From Octopus bimaculoides (lineage: Eukaryota): a stretch of 64,000 nucleotides of DNA. Position 1 is the stretch's first letter. Each line of letters starts with the position of its first letter. The stretch is taken from contig NC_068987.1 of assembly GCF_001194135.2 (NCBI RefSeq), positions 103,845,233-103,909,232 of the forward strand, written 5' to 3'. The notes beneath the pieces were generated by a model. The model saw only the letters and a program-made list of their open reading frames with translations. It had not been told where the DNA came from and searched no databases. A program made the translations under genes and the position numbers. Positions 63,014 through 64,000 of the stretch are shown one piece after another.

Positions 63014-63119
63014 GTAAGCTATTGTTCTTTTCGGTTATATTATCATTAATTGTTGCCTACAGTATAACTACGGGTGTGTGTTTCAAATATTGCATCACAC
63101 ATACATGTATATGTGTGTA

Positions 63120-63489
63120 TTCTTTTATTTGGTTTAAGTCATTTAACTGTGGCCATGCTGGAGCACCACCTTTAGTCAAACAAATTGACCCCAGGACTTA
63201 TTCTTTGTAAGCCTAGTACTTATTCTATCGGAATCTTTTGCCGAACCGCTAAGTGACGGGGACGCAGGCACACCAGCATCGGTTGTCAAGCGATGGTGGG
63301 AGGACAAACACATATATATACATATATATACGACGGGCTTCTTTCAGTTTCTGTCTACCAAATCCACTCAAGGTGTTGGTCAGCCTGAGGCTATAGTAGA
63401 AGACACTTACTCAAGGTGCCATGCAGTGGGACTGGACCTGGAACTATGTGGTTGGGAAGCAAACTTCTTACCACACAGCCACTCCTGTG
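63120..63489 (-). mobile_element. SINE family A, near full-length copy
   Basis: Tail gtcatttaactgtggccatgctggagcacc, (TA)n spacer, core gacgggcttctttcagtttc, head gggactggacc..cttaccacacagccactcctgtgc. Confidence 0.88.
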
Positions 63490-64000
63490 CATATGTTTAT
63501 ATATTTTTGATTGAAGTCTCTCCTGCAACACCCGGCTATCTTTAAGATAATTTGTTATCCCTATTTTTGTAAAAGAATTGTCACCATTCAAATCCTACAA
63601 AGCTTCCCTCAGATATCTTCTCACATCTGTTTATGTAAAAGATCATTTATTCTGCAACAGATTTGGGTTGGGCAAAATGACTTGGAGCAATTATCTTTTT
63701 GTTCTGAGTTGAAATCTGGCCAAGTTCAAATTTGCTTTTCCTCCTTCTAGTATAAATTGAGTAAGTAACAATCTGGCAGTGAATTTCATATATTCAGTTA
63801 TATCTCCTGTCAGCTGTGGCCTTGTTCCTAAGTTAGAAGTAAGGGTTGTGGTTAGTTAACTGGTAACCCATCAGGCAAAATGCTTTGCAGTATTTAGTTG
63901 GGTTCTGAATTGAAATCCTGTGATTGCCCTTTGCCCTTTATTTTGCTACATTCATAATTTATAAGTACCACCCAAATATTGGAGTTGATATTTATCAGCT

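Overview
This is AT-rich, intron-containing animal genomic DNA with about 5.5 kb of N gaps, mostly flanked by microsatellites. The repeat landscape (dense CA/TA/AAC/GAT simple repeats, tRNA-headed SINE families, TTAA MITEs) suggests an octopus or other coleoid cephalopod; this is inference, not a database result. Two divergently transcribed protein-coding genes could be reconstructed by hand with GT-AG junctions and consistent exon phases. (1) SLC25A19, the mitochondrial thiamine pyrophosphate carrier, on the minus strand: 5 coding exons, ATG 34696 to stop 27011, 318 aa, complete. (2) eIF3b on the plus strand: 9 coding exons from 42725 to 63013, continuing beyond the window. An intact tRNA-Gly(GCC) lies at 11745-11815. 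The first ~26 kb is otherwise a transposon graveyard: a decayed APE-RT LINE, three Tc1/mariner-type remnants (a fourth lies in SLC25A19 intron 4), a rearranged Helitron, hAT MITEs with 8-bp TSDs and many SINEs. I found no convincing new protein-coding system, CRISPR array or snoRNA. The best leads are a TIR element carrying inverted telomeric (CCCTAA/TTAGGG) motifs inside the SLC25A19/eIF3b divergent promoter region, a ~450-bp ~97% identical direct duplication bracketing eIF3b exon 2, a fold-back Helitron with a duplicated 3' hairpin, and an atypical W-C-G carrier motif in SLC25A19.
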